DNA of 64,000 nucleotides from an uncultured bacterium. GTDB taxonomy: Bacteria > Krumholzibacteriota > Krumholzibacteriia > LZORAL124-64-63. A model generated the notes under the pieces. That model saw only the letters and a program-made list of their open reading frames with translations. It was not told the origin of the DNA and made no database searches. Positions 43,223 through 52,038 of this stretch are shown in pieces; the first letter of the stretch is position 1; each line of letters begins with the position of its first letter. Made by a program: the position numbers and the translations under genes. Where the stretch lies: contig CALEMW010000166.1 in NCBI GenBank assembly GCA_937910695.1, forward strand, positions 41,998-105,997. The letters run 5' to 3'.

Positions 43223-45253
43223 GTGAACCCGACCCCGACACCGCCTGAGACCACGCTGCTGGCCGAAGTCGTTCTTCCGGTGCCGTTGGACCGGGCGTTC
43301 ACCTATCGGATGTTGGCAGAGCAGGGTTCGGAGCCTCTCCGTGTGGGCGATCTTGTAGGCGTACCCTTCGGCCGCCGTCGGGAGGTTGTAGGGCTCGTGA
43401 CCGCCTTGCATGCCCAAGACGGCGTTGTAGAGGCCATCGACGGTGCGAAACTCAAGAACATCGGCCGTGTCTTTCCTGCCGCCTACCGCGTTGAAGGAGA
43501 CCGTCGCGAGCTTCTGGACTGGATGGCGGGTTACTACGCGCTGCCGCCGGGGGAGGTCTTGCCTCTATTTCATCCACCGGCTCCCGGCACCAAGAAACGG
43601 GCGTCGCGTCACGAGTCCCCCGTATTTCCCACGAGCGGCGCCTCGGCTCCGGAACTGACCGGAGACCAACAGCGGGCTCTCGATGTGGTGACCGTCCTGC
43701 TCGACGAGCACAAATACGGCTCGCTCCTGTTGCACGGCGTGACAGGCAGCGGCAAGACTGAAGTCTATCTGCGAGCCATCGCCGAAGCCCTGGCACGGGA
43801 TCGGACGGCTCTTGTACTGCTGCCGGAAATCGCGCTCACACCTCAAACCGAGGCGCGTTTTCGCGAACGCCTGAGCGATGCGGTGGCCGTATTGCACAGC
43901 GGGCTGCCCGCCGGAGAACGTTGCCGCGTGCACGAGGCAGCCGCGGCGGGAGAGATCAAAGTCGTACTCGGACCGCGTTCCGCCCTGTTCGTTCCGCTCC
44001 GCGACCTCGGGGTGATCGTCGTGGATGAGGAGCACGAAACGTCCTACAAGCAGGATGAAAAACCCCGCTACCATGCCCGACATGCGGCGCTGATACGGGC
44101 CCGCGCTGCGGGAGCCGCGGTGGTACTCGGATCCGCCACGCCCGACCTGGAGACATGGGTCAACGCGGAGTCGGGACGTTTCGAACTTGTGGAGCTTCGT
44201 GATCGGCCTGTGGGTCGCCTACCCCTCGTGGAGATCGTGGACTTGAGGGAGGAGCCGTCCCAGGACGGGTTCTCGCGTCTGCTTCTCAAACGCATCGACG
44301 AAAGCCTGGGCCGCGATCGCCAGGTCATCGTTTACTACAACCGCCGCGGCTACGCCCGGGCCCTCCAATGCACGAGCTGCGGTGAGGCCGTGCTGTGCCC
44401 GAGCTGCGACATCGTGCTGACCCTCCACCTGCGCCCGCGTCGTCTGCTGTGCCATTACTGCGGGTTTTCGCGGCCGGTCCCGGAAACCTGTCCAGCCTGT
44501 GGCGAACCCGAGCCCGTCTCAAGCGGCGGCGGAACAGAAAAAGTGGAACTGGCCCTTGCCTCCCAGTTCCCCGACGCCAGGATACTGCGCCTCGATCACG
44601 ACACGACGCGCACCCGCGGCAGTCATGCCCAGATCCTGTCGGACTTCGCCCGGGGCGGCGCCGATATCCTTGTCGGCACCCAGATGGTCGCCAAGGGTCA
44701 CCATTTCCCGGGCGTGGATCTGGTGGGTGTCCTCGCAGCCGACGACGGCCTGCACATGCCCGACTTCCGAGCCCAGGAGAGGGCCTTCCAGCTGCTGACC
44801 CAGGTGGCGGGACGCACCGGCCGCGAAGACCCCGGCACCGTCGTCTTTCAGACCTGGCAGCCGGACCATCCGGTGGTGACGGCCGCTTCGGTGCACGATT
44901 ACGACACCTTCGCCCGCATGGAACTCGAGCATCGCACCCTCGTGCGTTATCCGCCGGTGGTGCGTATGCTGCGGGTCGGCGTGACGGGACGTTTGCTTTC
45001 TGAAGTGGAGGCGACGGCCGCTGCGGCGGCGGCCTTGGTGCGGGAAGGACTGCCGGATCGTGGTATCGAGGTGCTGGGGCCAGCACCGGCGGTCTTTGAA
45101 CGAATGCAGAACCGCTACCGGTACCAGATCCTGGTCAAAGGCACTCTCGGCAAGGAGGAGAAATCCTGGCTGGCGGCCTGTGTGCGCACCCTCAAGGACC
45201 GCCATCGCGGCGTGGATGTGCTGCTCGACTTCGACCCCGTGGGGCTTTGGTAG
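43223..45253 (+). CDS. priA: Primosomal protein N' (replication restart helicase PriA)
   Basis: Walker A GVTGSGKTEVY, DEAH-like VVDEEHETSYK, zinc-binding Cys cluster (CTSCGEAVLCPSCD...CHYCG...CPACG), GTQMVAKGHHFP. Confidence 0.92.
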   Translation: MNPTPTPPETTLLAEVVLPVPLDRAFTYRMLAEQGSEPLRVGDLVGVPFGRRREVVGLVTALHAQDGVVEAIDGAKLKNIGRVFPAAYRVEGDRRELLDWMAGYYALPPGEVLPLFHPPAPGTKKRASRHESPVFPTSGASAPELTGDQQRALDVVTVLLDEHKYGSLLLHGVTGSGKTEVYLRAIAEALARDRTALVLLPEIALTPQTEARFRERLSDAVAVLHSGLPAGERCRVHEAAAAGEIKVVLGPRSALFVPLRDLGVIVVDEEHETSYKQDEKPRYHARHAALIRARAAGAAVVLGSATPDLETWVNAESGRFELVELRDRPVGRLPLVEIVDLREEPSQDGFSRLLLKRIDESLGRDRQVIVYYNRRGYARALQCTSCGEAVLCPSCDIVLTLHLRPRRLLCHYCGFSRPVPETCPACGEPEPVSSGGGTEKVELALASQFPDARILRLDHDTTRTRGSHAQILSDFARGGADILVGTQMVAKGHHFPGVDLVGVLAADDGLHMPDFRAQERAFQLLTQVAGRTGREDPGTVVFQTWQPDHPVVTAASVHDYDTFARMELEHRTLVRYPPVVRMLRVGVTGRLLSEVEATAAAAAALVREGLPDRGIEVLGPAPAVFERMQNRYRYQILVKGTLGKEEKSWLAACVRTLKDRHRGVDVLLDFDPVGLW

Positions 45254-45369
45254 CGGGACTAGATCTTGCTCAGTGAGTGGGTTCGACGCTGAAACTGTGC
45301 TTTCAGGTGGATTCAATCGTGAATTGCCTCAGCACGGTGTGGTGGTGTATCATTACGCACGAGGTCGGC

Positions 45370-45411
45370 TCCCGCCTGCTCGGCCCTGTTCGCCCGATAT
45401 CCCGCCTGCTC
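45370..45411 (+). repeat. 12-bp direct repeat pair spaced exactly 30 bp, just upstream of the protease start codon (candidate regulator site)
   Basis: tcccgcctgctc occurs at 45370-45381 and again at 45400-45411. Intergenic; the second copy ends 24 nt before ATG 45435. Confidence 0.4.
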
Positions 45412-45434
45412 CGGTCTTTCACAGGACGGTGACC

Positions 45435-48400
45435 ATGTCCGCCTTCGCTCGTGCGCACTCCATGCGCCTCTTCTTGATGAGTCTGCTTCTGTTGCTGCTG
45501 GTGCTGGCGGTTGGTCCCGCAGCGGCCCAGGTCGCCGACTCCTCCGGCGGCCGTGTCGAACGCTCCTTCGGTTTCGTGCAGCCACCGGACTACGAACGGG
45601 AATTCCAGCAGCACCTCAAGATTTATGCGGAGAAGCGCGATCTGCCCTCGAACTTCAGCTGGGTCGACCTTGACGGTGTGACGTCGGTGAAGAACCAGTC
45701 TTCGTGCGGTTCGTGCTGGGCCTTCGCCGGTATCGCCCAACTCGAAGCCCATGTGAAAATCGAGTACGGCATCGACATGGATCTGAGCGAGCAGCAGATC
45801 ATCGAATGCAACCCCTACGGCGCCGATTGCGGCGGCGGTTGGGCCTCGGCCGTTTACAACGTGGCGATGACCTACGGCGTCCTGCGCAACGCCGCCGAGC
45901 CCTACGAAAACGCCAACGGCGGGGCCTGCACCCAGGGACAGTCGCTGCCCTTCGCCCATCTCGCCGGCTGGAACTATGTGGCCAACGACATCACGCAGAT
46001 GAAGAACGCCCTGCTCGAAGGGCCCATCTGCTCGGCCATGGACGGCAGCTATCCCTTCGATGAATACGCCGGCGGAACCTGTTACGACAATCCGGGCGGA
46101 TCCTGGACCAACCACCTGATCCTGATCGTGGGCTGGGACGACCGTCTTTGCGGCGGCAACGGCGCTTGGATCTGCAAAAACTCCTGGGGAACCGATTTCG
46201 GCGATTACGGCTTCTTCACCAGCGAGTATGGCGCCGGACTCATCGGCCAGTCCGTCACCCAGATCAACTACGTGCCGCCGCCCACGGTCGTGCATGTGAC
46301 CGGTCCGCTGGCAACGGCGCCCATGACCGCGGGTGAAACCGTGGACATCACCTGGAACACCACCGGTGCGACCTGTTCGACCGTGGACATCTGGATGTCC
46401 TTCGACAACGGCGAGTATAGCACCCAGGTGGCCGACGGAGTGCCCAACAGCGGTTCCTATACCTGGACCGTCATCAACCAGAGCACCCAGGCGGCTCGCT
46501 TCTGCGTCGTCGCCAACGGCGACACTCGTGACGGCTTCGGCTTCTCACAGGAAGGTGTGCCGCTCTTCGGCTACAAGACTCGCTATGTGGCAGCCACGGG
46601 CAGCAACACCGCACCCTACGATACGCCGGCCAAGGCGGCGCACGATATGATCGACGCCGTCCAGGCCTGTACCGGCCACGACTCCGTTCTGGTGGCGGCG
46701 GGCGAGTACCTCGAGACCATTCTCGTTGAGTCGACTGTGCGCATCTTCGGCGGCTGGGACAACACGTTTACGACACGCGACCCCGTCGGCACACCCACCC
46801 GGTTGCGCGGCCTCAACAGCGCCGTCCGCTTCATGGGTGCAGCCGGTGACTTCGCAGGCATCGACGGCGTCGTGTTCCACGACTGCATCGGCGCCATGTA
46901 CGACACGCCTGCTGTGGGCCGTCATGGCGGCGCCATTCTGTGCAACGGCACTTCGCCGACCATCAGCAACTGTGTGTTCGAGAACTGCGCCGCTGATTAC
47001 GGCAGCGGTTTCGGAACTGGCGGCGCCATCCAGGCCCTCGGTGGTTCACCGAAAATCATCGACAACGTGTTTCAGAACAATCGGGCTACCTGGGGCGGCG
47101 CAGTCGCGCTGTTCTCACCTGTAGCCGCGGAGCTGTCGGGCAACCACTTCGTAGCCAATAATTGCGTGGCTCCGGCTCTCAACAACTTCGGCGCTGCGGT
47201 CTACGTGAGCGACGGCGCCGTCAGCTTTTCAGGAGATCTCTTCGAAAACAGCGGCTCGACATGGCGAGGAGCCGGTGTCTATGGAGAGAACGTCCAGATG
47301 AGCATGGTCGGGGTCGTGGCGACCGGCAACACGAGTCAGAACGACGGCGGAGCAGTGTTCCTCGACGGCGGCTCGCTGAACGTCGCCAACTCCAGGTTCG
47401 CATCGAACACCGCCACGGCAGGCTTCGGCGCCGGTATGAGTGTGAAGAACGCTGCTCAAGATCTGCGGAACAGCGAGTTTGTCGGCAACTCGGCGGGCGT
47501 GGCCGGCGGCGGCATGCGACTCGAAGGAGCCCTGGCGACCACCATCGAGAACTGCGTGTTCCACGGCAACTCGGATGCATCGAACATGGGGGGCGCCTTC
47601 CTCATCGGAGTCGGCCCCATGAGCTTCCGCAATAACACCGTGACCGGCAATACCGGCGGCCTCGGCGGTTCGATGACCACTTCGTCCATTCGTTTCAGCA
47701 CGTTCTGGGACAACGGCGGTTCGAACCATGTGGGCTTCACACCCGAGACATCGGTGAGCTACGCCGACCCCATGTATAAGAACGCGGCAGCCGGTGAATT
47801 CGGCCTGTTGGTCCATTCGCCTTGCATCGATGCCGGCGATCATGATCCCACCTGCGGCGATCTCGACGGCACCCGCAACGATGTGGGCTGCTTCGGCGGG
47901 CCCTCAGCCGTGCCGGTCGCTCCCGAACCGCCGTCGAACGTGCGGTTCGAATCTCCGGGAGGCGTTTCGACCCTGGTCTGGGACGCCAGTCCCGCCGCCG
48001 ATCTCGATCGTTACGTGATCTATCGGGATGCGGCGAGCTCGCTGCCTCTCGGGCCGACGCATGTCATCGCCGAAGTGAGTCATCCTGCGACGTCGCTGGA
48101 ATTGGCTCAGACCGGAGGGTCCTACTTTGTCGTGGCCGTCGATGTCGACGGTTACGGCAGCGGCTATCCCGTTCCAGCCGTGGTTTCCACGGCGGCTGAC
48201 GACGCTCCCCGGGTGCTGGCTCTGGCCTCCATCGCACCCAACCCGTTCAACCCGCGCACAGAGATCCGTTTCGAGGTGCCGCGCACCAGTGACGTGCGGT
48301 TGCGTATTCACGATCTGCGCGGGCGCGTGGTCCGGACGCTGATCGACGGCGCCTTCGATGCCGGCGTGCACACCGTGAGTTGGGAAGGACGCTCCGACGA

Positions 48401-48488
48401 CGGCGCCATCGTGGCGGCTGGGGTGTACTTCGTGAGGATCGAGGATGGGCGGGAGGTTCGGACGGGCAAGGTCGTGCTTGCCAAGTAA
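45435..48488 (+). CDS. Secreted multidomain papain-like (C1) cysteine protease with right-handed beta-helix, FN3/Ig-like and FlgD-Ig/T9SS-like C-terminal domains
   Basis: Signal peptide (MRLFLMSLLLLLLVLAVGPAAAQ). C1 catalytic triad context (KNQSSCGSCWAF; SWTNHLILIVGWD; ICKNSWG). PbH1-like repeats with recurring GGA(I/V) and N(C/N)xF motifs at about 46.9-47.7 kb. C-terminal NPFNPRTEIRFEVP...AGVYFVRIEDG...GKVVLAK. Confidence 0.8.
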   Translation: MSAFARAHSMRLFLMSLLLLLLVLAVGPAAAQVADSSGGRVERSFGFVQPPDYEREFQQHLKIYAEKRDLPSNFSWVDLDGVTSVKNQSSCGSCWAFAGIAQLEAHVKIEYGIDMDLSEQQIIECNPYGADCGGGWASAVYNVAMTYGVLRNAAEPYENANGGACTQGQSLPFAHLAGWNYVANDITQMKNALLEGPICSAMDGSYPFDEYAGGTCYDNPGGSWTNHLILIVGWDDRLCGGNGAWICKNSWGTDFGDYGFFTSEYGAGLIGQSVTQINYVPPPTVVHVTGPLATAPMTAGETVDITWNTTGATCSTVDIWMSFDNGEYSTQVADGVPNSGSYTWTVINQSTQAARFCVVANGDTRDGFGFSQEGVPLFGYKTRYVAATGSNTAPYDTPAKAAHDMIDAVQACTGHDSVLVAAGEYLETILVESTVRIFGGWDNTFTTRDPVGTPTRLRGLNSAVRFMGAAGDFAGIDGVVFHDCIGAMYDTPAVGRHGGAILCNGTSPTISNCVFENCAADYGSGFGTGGAIQALGGSPKIIDNVFQNNRATWGGAVALFSPVAAELSGNHFVANNCVAPALNNFGAAVYVSDGAVSFSGDLFENSGSTWRGAGVYGENVQMSMVGVVATGNTSQNDGGAVFLDGGSLNVANSRFASNTATAGFGAGMSVKNAAQDLRNSEFVGNSAGVAGGGMRLEGALATTIENCVFHGNSDASNMGGAFLIGVGPMSFRNNTVTGNTGGLGGSMTTSSIRFSTFWDNGGSNHVGFTPETSVSYADPMYKNAAAGEFGLLVHSPCIDAGDHDPTCGDLDGTRNDVGCFGGPSAVPVAPEPPSNVRFESPGGVSTLVWDASPAADLDRYVIYRDAASSLPLGPTHVIAEVSHPATSLELAQTGGSYFVVAVDVDGYGSGYPVPAVVSTAADDAPRVLALASIAPNPFNPRTEIRFEVPRTSDVRLRIHDLRGRVVRTLIDGAFDAGVHTVSWEGRSDDGAIVAAGVYFVRIEDGREVRTGKVVLAK

Positions 48489-48492
48489 TTGC

Positions 48493-48558
48493 GGAAAACA
48501 AAAGGGCCGTCCTGAACGAAACTTCTCCTAATCGTTCAGGACGGCCCTTTTGTTTTCC
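48493..48558. terminator. Bidirectional intrinsic terminator: perfect 26-bp inverted repeat between convergent genes
   Basis: ggaaaacaaaagggccgtcctgaacg (48493-48518), 14-nt loop, cgttcaggacggcccttttgttttcc (48533-48558). GC core flanked by an A-tract and a T-tract, so it can terminate in both directions. Confidence 0.8.
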
Positions 48559-48582
48559 TTGAAGTCGTGGGGGGGGGCTCGT

Positions 48583-49716
48583 TCATTTTTGGAGGTGGGG
48601 GAGGATTATGGTGAGGGATAGGCGGGGGGCGCTTATGACTTTTCCGATGGCTGTGGGAACGATCCAGTCCACCTTGCCTTCTGACATCTTCTTGTCCCTT
48701 GTCACGTATTTGGCGACTGCGTTCAGGTGGGGAGGCATGCATTCGGTGGGCAACCCACAGGCTTGCAACAGGGCCAGGATTCGATCTCGTGTGCGGACCG
48801 TGCAGATGCCGTCGGCGGTCGCGGCGCGGGTCACTGCGGAGAGTCCCAGCGCGACGGCTTCACCGTGGGGAATCTCCAGCAAGGGTTCCAGGGCATGAGC
48901 CAGGGTGTGGCCCAGATTCAGGACACGTCGGTGGCCTTCTTCTCGGAAGTCGTGGGCCACGATGCGGGCTTTGGCCATCACAGCGCTCTGAAGCCATTCC
49001 GACCAGGGCAGGTCGCCGATCTCAGGGACAAGACTCCTGGCCGCACCCGCTGCGAGGTGCGCCCGAAGATCCTGCGATGCGTACTCGAGGGCCCTGAACA
49101 GCTTCGGTTCTGAAATCACGGCCATCTTCACGACTTCGGCCATCCCGCACCGCCACTCTCGGCGGGGGAGCGTCGCCAACAGATCCGGATCGATCAACAC
49201 GGTTTCGGCTGCGTGGAACGCCCCGACGGGATTCTTCAACCCATCCAGATCGACGGCGGTTTTTCCACCCACCGACGCATCGGCGGCGGCCAACAGAGTG
49301 GTCGGGATCGCAACGAACGATGTGCCGCGCATCCAGGTGGCTGCGGCGAAGCCGGCCAGGTCGAGGATCGTGCCTCCGCCGATGCCGACGATGACACCGT
49401 CGCGGGGCAGGCCGACGGCGGCACATCGTTTCCAGAGCCGGGCGAGGTTCTCGGGGGTTTTGATGGATTCACCCCCGGGCAGGATCAGCCGGGGATGCGG
49501 ACGACCTGGGGCCGTCTGGAGCAGAGGCTCGAGGATGGTGCGGTGGCTTCGCCATACGGAAGCATCGACGACTACGAGTGCCGAACGTGAGCCCAGGACG
49601 TCCGGCAGGGTGCCGATCACACCGGCCGAGATGTGTACGTCGGTATTCAGGCCGGGGGCGCGGAGTGATAGGCATTGGCCCCGTCGTGTCACTCGTCCCT
49701 GTGAAGCAATGGCCAT
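48583..49716 (-). CDS. aroB: 3-dehydroquinate synthase
   Basis: GGGTILDLAGFAAATWMRGTSFVAIPTTLLAAADASVGGKTAVDL, metal site LNLGHTLAHALE. ATG at 49716 chosen; the ORF is open to 49773. Confidence 0.9.
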   Translation of the reverse strand: MAIASQGRVTRRGQCLSLRAPGLNTDVHISAGVIGTLPDVLGSRSALVVVDASVWRSHRTILEPLLQTAPGRPHPRLILPGGESIKTPENLARLWKRCAAVGLPRDGVIVGIGGGTILDLAGFAAATWMRGTSFVAIPTTLLAAADASVGGKTAVDLDGLKNPVGAFHAAETVLIDPDLLATLPRREWRCGMAEVVKMAVISEPKLFRALEYASQDLRAHLAAGAARSLVPEIGDLPWSEWLQSAVMAKARIVAHDFREEGHRRVLNLGHTLAHALEPLLEIPHGEAVALGLSAVTRAATADGICTVRTRDRILALLQACGLPTECMPPHLNAVAKYVTRDKKMSEGKVDWIVPTAIGKVISAPRLSLTIILPHLQK

Positions 49717-49934
49717 TGAGCCATCTCCTTGTCCGTATTGACGTTCAGAAATCTCCTGATGCCATCCTAACAAAACCGAGCCTCGGCGCCACCCGTGAAG
49801 ATACGAAAAAACGGATAACCCTAGTGTTGATAGAGCTTTTCAATTGACCGCATCTCTCGGGAGGCTACCTTTGAAGTCGAGTTGACGACCGGGGCGACCG
49901 GCCCCGCAGCGCCAGATGCACGAAGGAGTGTGAG

Positions 49935-50513
49935 ATGGCCAAGATGACAGAAATCCGCTGGCACGGCAGGGGTGGGCAGGGCGCCAAGACCGCCGCCATT
50001 TTCCTGGCCGAAGCCGTCCTCGACCAGGGCATGCACAGCCAGGGCTTCCCCGAATATGGCCCTGAGCGCCGTGGAGCCCCCGTGCGAGGCTTTACCCGCA
50101 TATCGGACAAGCCGATCAGACTGCACTGCAGTGTTGCGAAGCCTCAGATCGTGATCGTACTCGATCCGACCCTGATCGAATCCGCCAGTGCCGGCGTCAC
50201 CGACGGCACCGATGTCTCCACGGTGTACATCATCAACACCATGGAGACCCCGGCGGCCATTCGCGCCAAGCTCGGTGTGAAGGGCGGCACGATCCACACG
50301 GTGGACGCCTCGCTCATCGCCCAGGAGTGCTTCGGCCGCGCGATTCCCAACATGCCGATGATCGGCGCTCTGACGAACGTCTCCGACGTGATCACCCTGG
50401 AGGACGTGACCTCCGCCATGGCACGGCGCTTGAAGAAGAAATTCTCGCAGGCCGTCGTCGATGGAAACGTCGCCGCCGTCGAGCGTGCGCACGAGGAGAT
50501 GGTGTCCGAATGA
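49935..50513 (+). CDS. porG: 2-oxoacid (pyruvate-type):ferredoxin oxidoreductase, gamma subunit
   Basis: EIRWHGRGGQGAKTAAIFLAEA signature; first gene of a gamma-delta-alpha-beta operon. Confidence 0.85.
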   Translation: MAKMTEIRWHGRGGQGAKTAAIFLAEAVLDQGMHSQGFPEYGPERRGAPVRGFTRISDKPIRLHCSVAKPQIVIVLDPTLIESASAGVTDGTDVSTVYIINTMETPAAIRAKLGVKGGTIHTVDASLIAQECFGRAIPNMPMIGALTNVSDVITLEDVTSAMARRLKKKFSQAVVDGNVAAVERAHEEMVSE

Positions 50514-50818
50514 GTACCATCAAGACCAAGGACCTGCTCGAGGGCGGGATCATCCGCGACGCCGGCAACGCTGCCGACTTCAAGACCGGTGACTGGCGTT
50601 CGAACGTGCCCCAGTTCGTCGAGGAGAACTGCATCCACTGCATGTTCTGCTGGATCTACTGTCCGGACACGGCCGTCGCCATCGACACCAGCGGCGAGAA
50701 AACGAAGATGACCGGGTTCATCTTCGATCACTGCAAGGGGTGCGGGATCTGTGCGCAGCACTGCCCGCCCGCAGCCAAGGGCAAGGCGGCCATCGTGATG
50801 GTCCGCGAAGAGAAGTAG
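50510..50818 (+). CDS. porD: 2-oxoacid:ferredoxin oxidoreductase, delta subunit (2x[4Fe-4S] ferredoxin)
   Basis: ATGA overlap with the gamma-subunit stop. CIHCMFCWIYCP and CKGCGICAQHCP cluster motifs. Confidence 0.85.
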   Translation: MSTIKTKDLLEGGIIRDAGNAADFKTGDWRSNVPQFVEENCIHCMFCWIYCPDTAVAIDTSGEKTKMTGFIFDHCKGCGICAQHCPPAAKGKAAIVMVREEK

Positions 50819-50837
50819 CCACGGAAAGGAGAGACCC

Positions 50838-52025
50838 ATGAAGCAGCTTTACGTAGGGCTGACGGGTAACGAGGCCGTGGCGACCGCCTTCAAGCAGGCG
50901 CGACCCCATGTGGCCCCGGCGTTCCCGATCACGCCGCAGACCGAGATGATGCACAAGTTCGCCGACTTCGTCGCCGACGGCGCAGTCGCCACCGAGATGA
51001 TCCTCGTCGAGAGCGAACACTCGGCCATGAGCGCCGCGGTCGGTTCGGCCGCCACCGGCGCCCGCACCTTCACCGCCACGAGCTCGGCCGGGTTCGCTTT
51101 GATGTGGGAAGTCGTCTACATCGCAGCCTCGCTGCGGCTGCCCATCTGCATGCCGGTGGTCAACCGGGCGCTGTCGGGCAACATCAACATCCACAACGAC
51201 CACTCCGATTCGATGGGCGGTCGCGACGCGGGCTGGATCCAGATCTTCTGCGAGAACACGCAGGAGGCCTACGACACGGCCCTGATGTGCTGGCGCATCG
51301 CCGAGCACAAGGACGTGCGGTTGCCGGTGATGGTCAACTACGACGGCTTCATCATCAGCCACACCTCCGAATCGCTGCACATCCTGCCGGACGAGGACGC
51401 CTGGAAGTTCATCGGTCCCAAGGACCTGAGCAACGGCTACTCGCTGCTGGACGTGGAGAACCCCATCACGGTCGGCCCGCTGGATCTGACCGATTACTAC
51501 TTCGAGCACAAGGTCAGCCAGATGGAGGCCCACCTCAGGGCCCCGAAGGTGATCCTGGAAGTGTTCAAGGAGTTCGGCGAGCTCACCGGACGTCATTACG
51601 ACCTGTTCGAGGAGTACCGCACCGAAGACGCCGAGATGATCCTGGTGATCATCGGCTCGACGGCGGGTACCGCGAAGGACGTCATCGACGAGCAGCGTGA
51701 GAAGGGCGTCAAGGTGGGGTTGCTCAAGCCCCGCGTGTTCCGCCCCTTCCCGGCCGTCGAGTACGCCAAGGCCCTGGGCAACGCCAAGGTCGTGGGCGTG
51801 ATGGACAAGTCGGTGAGCTTCGGCGGCCACGGCGGTCCGCTGTTCACCGAGATCCGCTCGGCTCTCTACGGTCTCGAGAACGCCCCGAAGATCCACAACT
51901 GGATCTACGGACTGGGTGGACGCGACACCGGTACGGATCAGATCGTAGACCTGATCGGCCAGCTCCAAAACAGCATCAAGGGCAAGAAAACCGAAGACGT
52001 CAACCTGCTGGGTGTCCGGCTCTAA
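50838..52025 (+). CDS. porA: 2-oxoacid:ferredoxin oxidoreductase, alpha subunit
   Basis: GNEAVA...AFPITPQTE, ESEHSAMSA..GAA.TGARTFTATSS; typical 395-aa length. Confidence 0.88.
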   Translation: MKQLYVGLTGNEAVATAFKQARPHVAPAFPITPQTEMMHKFADFVADGAVATEMILVESEHSAMSAAVGSAATGARTFTATSSAGFALMWEVVYIAASLRLPICMPVVNRALSGNINIHNDHSDSMGGRDAGWIQIFCENTQEAYDTALMCWRIAEHKDVRLPVMVNYDGFIISHTSESLHILPDEDAWKFIGPKDLSNGYSLLDVENPITVGPLDLTDYYFEHKVSQMEAHLRAPKVILEVFKEFGELTGRHYDLFEEYRTEDAEMILVIIGSTAGTAKDVIDEQREKGVKVGLLKPRVFRPFPAVEYAKALGNAKVVGVMDKSVSFGGHGGPLFTEIRSALYGLENAPKIHNWIYGLGGRDTGTDQIVDLIGQLQNSIKGKKTEDVNLLGVRL

Positions 52026-52038
52026 AGGAGGTGCCAAC

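Noticed and set aside
45060-45434. 5' extension of the protease ORF (1142-aa version) overlapping the priA 3' end
   Set aside because: The extension overlaps priA out of frame and crosses the intergenic region. ATG 45435 is immediately followed by a textbook signal peptide.
46900-47700. Periodic-looking DNA that could be mistaken for a repeat array or CRISPR
   Set aside because: The periodicity is at the protein level only (PbH1 beta-helix coils with recurring GGA and N-x-F motifs). There are no identical DNA direct repeats with unique spacers.
47718-47727. tRNA T-arm-like string GGTTCGAACC
   Set aside because: It lies inside the protease coding frame with no flanking acceptor or anticodon stem. 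I found no tRNA-like cloverleaf in any intergenic region.
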